From contig CAUYUJ010000174.1 in NCBI GenBank assembly GCA_963575745.1, positions 1 to 64,000 of the forward strand: DNA of 64,000 nt, given 5' to 3'. Origin of the DNA: Prorocentrum cordatum (taxonomy: Eukaryota). Positions within the stretch are counted from its first letter, which is position 1; each line of letters begins with the position of its first letter. Under the pieces are notes generated by a model. The model was given only the letters and a program-made list of their open reading frames with translations. It did not search any database and was not told the origin of the DNA. The position numbers and the translations under genes are program-made. Of the stretch, positions 59,235-64,000 are shown one piece after another.

Positions 59235-59520
59235 CAAACAGGGCAGAGCTGTCTAGTAAACGCCCAGGGCCGTTTAGTAAACGCCAACTGTCTGGTCCGG
59301 GTGGCTTGTCGGCGGTGGACAAACCTCCCTTTAGTAAACCTCCCCTTAGTGAAAACGGTCTGGGACCGAAACCGACGGACCTGGACCCGCAAAAATGACG
59401 GCCGCGACGCCCTCTCGCGAACCGAAAACGGCCAATTCACTAATCGACGTGCCAGGGTAGGAATCAGACAGGGCAGAGCTGCTTGGTAAACGCCCAGGGC
59501 CGTTTAGTAAACGCCAACCG
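59235..59520. repeat. Dispersed repeat family (tttagtaaac / aaaacggccaattcactaatcgacg)
   Basis: Related pieces lie at ~7090-7180, ~57830-57955 and ~60225-60375. A second family (atccatggat...ggaaacgggacccgtcgctaatccacgcccc) lies at ~59930-60070 and ~63690-63860. Confidence 0.65.
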
Positions 59521-61950
59521 TCGGGTCCGGGTGGTCTGTCCCCCCGTGAGCCAAGACGGAGCCACAGCCCTCCCCGAAGTCAAGCGCAAGGCTCGCATGC
59601 CGATCGGCGCGCGAGGCGCGGCCCGCGGGGGGTCCGAGGTTCGTGTTTGCAGCCTTACCCGCCTGGGACACATCCCTATCCCTGAGCTTGGCATCGCCTC
59701 ATTAAGGGATCCCCTTAGTTTTTCAGGGCGCATCCCTAAGATTGTCATCGCTTTTTGGCGTGTCAATCTTAGGGATAGGGACAAGCTCGAGGCTGGTGAC
59801 AGTCCCCAGTTCCGGCGCGCACTTTGAAATCTGGGGGGTCCTGCATGGGGAGCCGCCACGTCGCGGACAAAAAAAATGCGTTTTTGACTTCGAGGAGGGA
59901 TGCAGCATCTCGGGGGCGCGTCAGCATGGATCAGCGATCCATGGATCTGGCGCTCCCTCCCCTAAATGCGGCCAGCGTCGCCTCGGCGGCGGAAATCCGC
60001 GATTTCCCTTGGAAACGGGACCCGTCGCTAATCCACGCCCCCTTATTCCATGTTTGCGATCGCCTGAGAATCGGGAGGGAGCCGGACCGGGACAGATCGG
60101 CCGGTCTCCGAAAAGCCGGCTGCTCCGGAGGACGTGGCGGGCCCCGCGGCCTTCCTCGGAGCGTTCTGGAACGCTCCGAGAGCGCTCAAGAGCGCCCCGG
60201 AACGATCACCCCAAGTTTCTTAATTCGGCGGTGGACAAGCCTCCCTTTAGTAAACCTCCCCGTAGTGGAAACGACCCAGGGCCGAAATCGACGGACCTGG
60301 ACCCGCAGACATGACGGCCGCGACGCCCTCTCGCAACCGAAAACGGCCAATTCCTTAATCGACGTGTCAGGGTAGGAGGTCTGTCCACCTCCGATTAATA
60401 AGCGTCGGGGGCGTCACCCCCGCCGACAGCCCCACATCGACCCCCGTCGCGGGCAGCCACCGCGCGCCGAAGGCGCTCCGACCCCCGTCGCGGCGCGACG
60501 ACGAGGCGAGGCTGACCCCCGTCGGGGGGGGTACCCCCCGCGCTTACTGAGTAACCCAGAATATGTATCCCGTTCCTAGACATGCCCGCCCTGAAGCCCA
60601 GACCCTTTCGAGTCGTAACAAAAGCCAGGACGGTCCAAAAAAGCCACTCGTGGACCAGAAGCCGGTCCCCTTGGAAGGGGCTGGCACCTGCGGCTGGGGC
60701 CAACGCCCTGGCCCCCAACTCGGAGGGCAGGCAACCACATGACGGACTCCAGAAAACCCTGAACCCAAAAATATTTTGCGTCTCTTGGAGGGCAATGTTT
60801 TACTTCCTTTTTTTCAGCACTGCGCCCGCAAGTCTCAGCAGCAGGGCCCGTGGTGGGCCTCACTGAAAAGTCCACCGGAAGCGGCGCGATTGAAGCGCTT
60901 CGAGTCCGCCGGCTTCCGCCGGCCTTCCGCCGGCTTCCCCCAGCATCCGCCAGCGGAACCGCCCCCGTTTTACTTCCGCCGCCTCCCGCCGACCCTCCGC
61001 CGCCTTCCGCCGATGAAGAGGTGCCAACTCCTTCGATCCTCGAAGGCAAGGGGCCCTTTCTGGAACACCTTATGCCTCATGTGACGAGAGGAGGAGGAGG
61101 AGGAGGAGGAGGAGGAGGAGAAGGAGAAGGAGAAGGAGGAGGAGCAAGAGGAGGAGGAGAGGAGGAGGAGGAGGAGGAGGAGGAGGAGAGAGAGTGAGGA
61201 GAAGGAGGGAGGAGGAGGAAGTGGGGAGGAGGAGGAGGAGGGAGGAGGAGGAGGAGGAGGAGGAGGGAGGAGAAGCTCTGCCCCCGCAGGCGGAGCTCAT
61301 GAAACACCGGCAGGGGCTCAGAGAGCTCGAGGGGCGCCCGCGGCCGCGTGAGCCCCGAAGGTGGGGGCCTGGTGTCCGAAGCCCTGGCGCCGCTTGGGCC
61401 TCTGCAGGGGCAGGGTTCGCGAGCGGTCGCAGCGCCTCGCGCCCAAGGCGGAGCAGGGCAACGTTCGACGTTCGCTTCCTGCTCCTCCTCCTCCTCCTCC
61501 TGTTCCTCCTCCTCCTCCTCCTCCTCCTCCTCCTCCTCCTCCTCCTCCTCCACCTGCTCCTGATCCTCCTCCTCATCATCTTCCTCCTCCTGCTCCTGCT
61601 CCTGGTCCTGCTCCTGCTCCTCCTCCTCCTCCTCCTCCTCCTCCTCCTCCTCCTTCCTCCTCTCCTCCTCCTCCTCCTCCTCCTCTTCCTCCTCCCCCTC
61701 CTCCTCCTCCTCCTCCTCCTCCTCCTTCCTCCTCCTCCTGCGGAAATCTCGTGAGACCTCAGGAGACCGCGGAGCCCTCCCGGGCCCTCTTGAGATCTGT
61801 TTTCCTCTCTCTCTGTCTCTAGCTATTCGGAGGCGGAGGCATGAAGTGCAGCACTCGTTTCGTCCCTGGCCCGTGGGCCAGCGCCCGTGCACGAGCCGCA
61901 GGGGGACTGACGGAAGAGGGAGGAGGGGAGGGAGGGAAAGAGGGGGGAGG

Positions 61951-62843
61951 ACAAGCTAGGTGCGCTCGCGTCATATCTGACGTCATACCCCTCTCTCCCA
62001 TCCCTTACTATGGCGCACATCTCCTCCCTATTCGCACATTCGGATGTCGCAGCATGGCGTGGCATCACATGGCATAACATGGTGTTGAAGATTAACGCGT
62101 ACCATGACATAGCATGGCGTGGCGACGCCCCATAGTGGGGGGGGGGGGGCTTCTGCGGCGCAAAAGATCAACGCATCGACAACGAACGTGTTTTTTGTAT
62201 AGCCCTACAGCCCCATAGCCACATAGCCCTATATCATTAGAGCCCTATAGACCCATAACCCAATAGCCTTATGGTCCTATGAATAGCCCAATAGCCCAAT
62301 AGCCCGATAGCCTTATAGCCTTATAGCCTTATAGCCCAATAGCCCTATCGCCCTAGATCCAAATAGCTCTATAGCCCTATTGCCCTATAGCCCCTTAGCC
62401 CTACAGCCCTAAAGCCCAATAGCCCTATAGCCACATAGCCCTATAGCCCTATAGCCCTCAAGCCCTATAGCCCAATAGCCCTACAGCCATATAGCCCTCT
62501 ATCCCTGTAGCCCTGTAGCCCTATAACCCTATAGCCGTATGGCCATATAGCCCTATAGCCCTCTAGCCCTCTAGCTCTATATGCCTATAGCCTATAGCCC
62601 TATAGCCCCATGGTCCTCCTATAGCCAAGAGTCCCAGAGCCCCATAGCCCTATAGACCTACAGCCCTATAGTCCCACAGCCCTATAACCCTATAGACCAA
62701 TAGCCATGTGGCTCTATAGCCCTATAGTTCCACAGCCCTTGCGCCCCGTAGCCCCATCGCCTTATAGCCCAATAGCACTATAGCCCTAAAAAGACTGTCA
62801 TTCGGTCTTTTATCCGGTATCATGTTCATATTGTGCAACTGCG
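61951..62843. mobile_element. Copy 3 of the Helitron/Helentron-like element, carrying a (TAGCCCTA)n satellite at ~62200-62790
   Basis: Same termini as 8515-9267 with a different interior. Confidence 0.6.
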
Positions 62844-63165
62844 GAGGAGGGGGAGGAGGAGGAGGAGGAGGAGGAGGAGGAGGAGGAGAGGAGGAGGAGG
62901 AGGAGGAGGAGGAGGAGGAGGAGGAGGAGGAGGAGGAGGAGGAGGATGAGGAGGTAGGGAGGAGAGGAGAGGAGGAGGGAGAGGGAGGGAGGGAGGAGGA
63001 GGGAGGAGGAGGAGGAGGAGGAGGAGAGGAGGAGGGAGGAGGAGGAGGAGGAGGAGGGAGGAGGGACGGGGGCGCCCCCCCCCCTCGCGCGACTCCGCGG
63101 TTCGCGCCGTCGACCGCGCCGGCGGCGGGGCCCGGACCCCGGGAGCGCCCCGCCGAGGCCCCCGC

Positions 63166-63228
63166 GCGGCTGCGGTGGCCCGTCATGGTCCGCAGCTTCC
63201 GGCACTGGGCCGCGTCCCAGATCTGGAC
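63166..63228 (-). CDS. FZR1: Cdh1/Cdc20 exon A: VQIWDAAQCRKLRTMTGHRSR
   Basis: WD40 pattern VQIWD...GH..R that joins in frame to exon B. AG acceptor, GC donor. Confidence 0.88.
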
Positions 63229-64000
63229 CTCCGGCACAAGAGGACACGCTGGAGGAGGAGGAGGAGGAGGAGGAGGAGCAGCAGGAGGAGGAGGAGGAGG
63301 AGGAGGAGGAGGAGGAGCAGGAGGAGGAGGAGGAGGAGCAGGAGCAGGAGGAGAAGGAGAAGGAGGAGGAGGAGGAGGAGGAGGAGGTGGCCTCGCTGCC
63401 CTGCGGCGGGCACAGGAGGGCACGCTGGCCGCAGGCGGGAGTGCATCCGAGGGGCTGACACCGCGTGGCGGCTCGCCCCTCTTCCTCGCCTGCCCCGTGG
63501 GGGCCCCGCCCGTGCGCTATCTGCACCAGGCTCCGCCGCGTCCCAGGCTGTGATGCCGTGCGCTGGCCTTGGGAGTGCGTTCGCTGTCACGTCAGCACGG
63601 CTCTCGGTAGGGCACAGGACTGCGGATGGCGAGCACGCGTGCCACATCCAGCGGGGGCGCTCTTTCATCGGGGGCGCGCAGACACGGATTAGCGATCCAT
63701 GGATTTGGCGCGCGGCCGCCTGATCCATGGATCGGGGGAGGTGCCCTCCGCAAAATGCGGCCGGTGCCGCCTCGCTCGGCGGCGGGAATCCGCGATTCCC
63801 CATGGAAACGGGACCCGTCGCTAATCCACGCCCCCTTGATCCATGTTTGCGATCGCCTGATCTCAGTAGTGCGCAGAAGGACACTCTGGTGCTGCAGGCC
63901 TCGGACGAAGGTTAGCGAGCACGCATGCCACGTCTATCGGTCAAGGCCCTCCCCTCCCCCCGATGTTCAAAGTTGGCGGTGGGCCTGGTGAGTTGCACTT

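Noticed and set aside
62200..62790. Telomere-like repeat (TAGGG-containing)
   Set aside because: The unit is a degenerate 8-mer TAGCCCTA, not TTTAGGG, and it lies inside a dispersed element.

Overview
This window is eukaryotic, GC-rich and saturated with (GAG/CCT)n microsatellites. It has dinoflagellate hallmarks: GC and GA splice donors, an AG|G acceptor pattern and dinoflagellate spliced-leader (DinoSL) relics. A Prorocentrum-like host is an inference only. Most of the long low-complexity ORFs in the track are microsatellite artefacts. The real content is as follows. (1) A near-intact 10.7 kb Ty1/copia LTR retrotransposon (17987-28730, minus strand) with 175-bp LTRs, PBS and PPT. It has a gag-protease ORF joined to pol by an apparent -1 frameshift, a C5 cytosine-methyltransferase-like domain between integrase and RT, and an extra ~816-aa ORF (coiled coil plus RRM-like) after RNase H. 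(2) Two full-length but frameshifted LINEs (ORF1 zinc finger; APE-RT-RNase H), each starting with a DinoSL relic and ending in (TCC)n. (3) Four small exons of a Cdh1/Cdc20 (fizzy-related) WD40 gene on the minus strand, with one intron holding the second LINE. (4) A decayed copia pol at the window start. (5) Many MITE-, Helentron- and SINE-like repeats and satellites, plus a 100-N assembly gap. The best candidate novel system is the copia element, which combines a DNMT-like domain, an RRM-like ORF3, an SL-like sequence in the LTR and a PR/INT frameshift.
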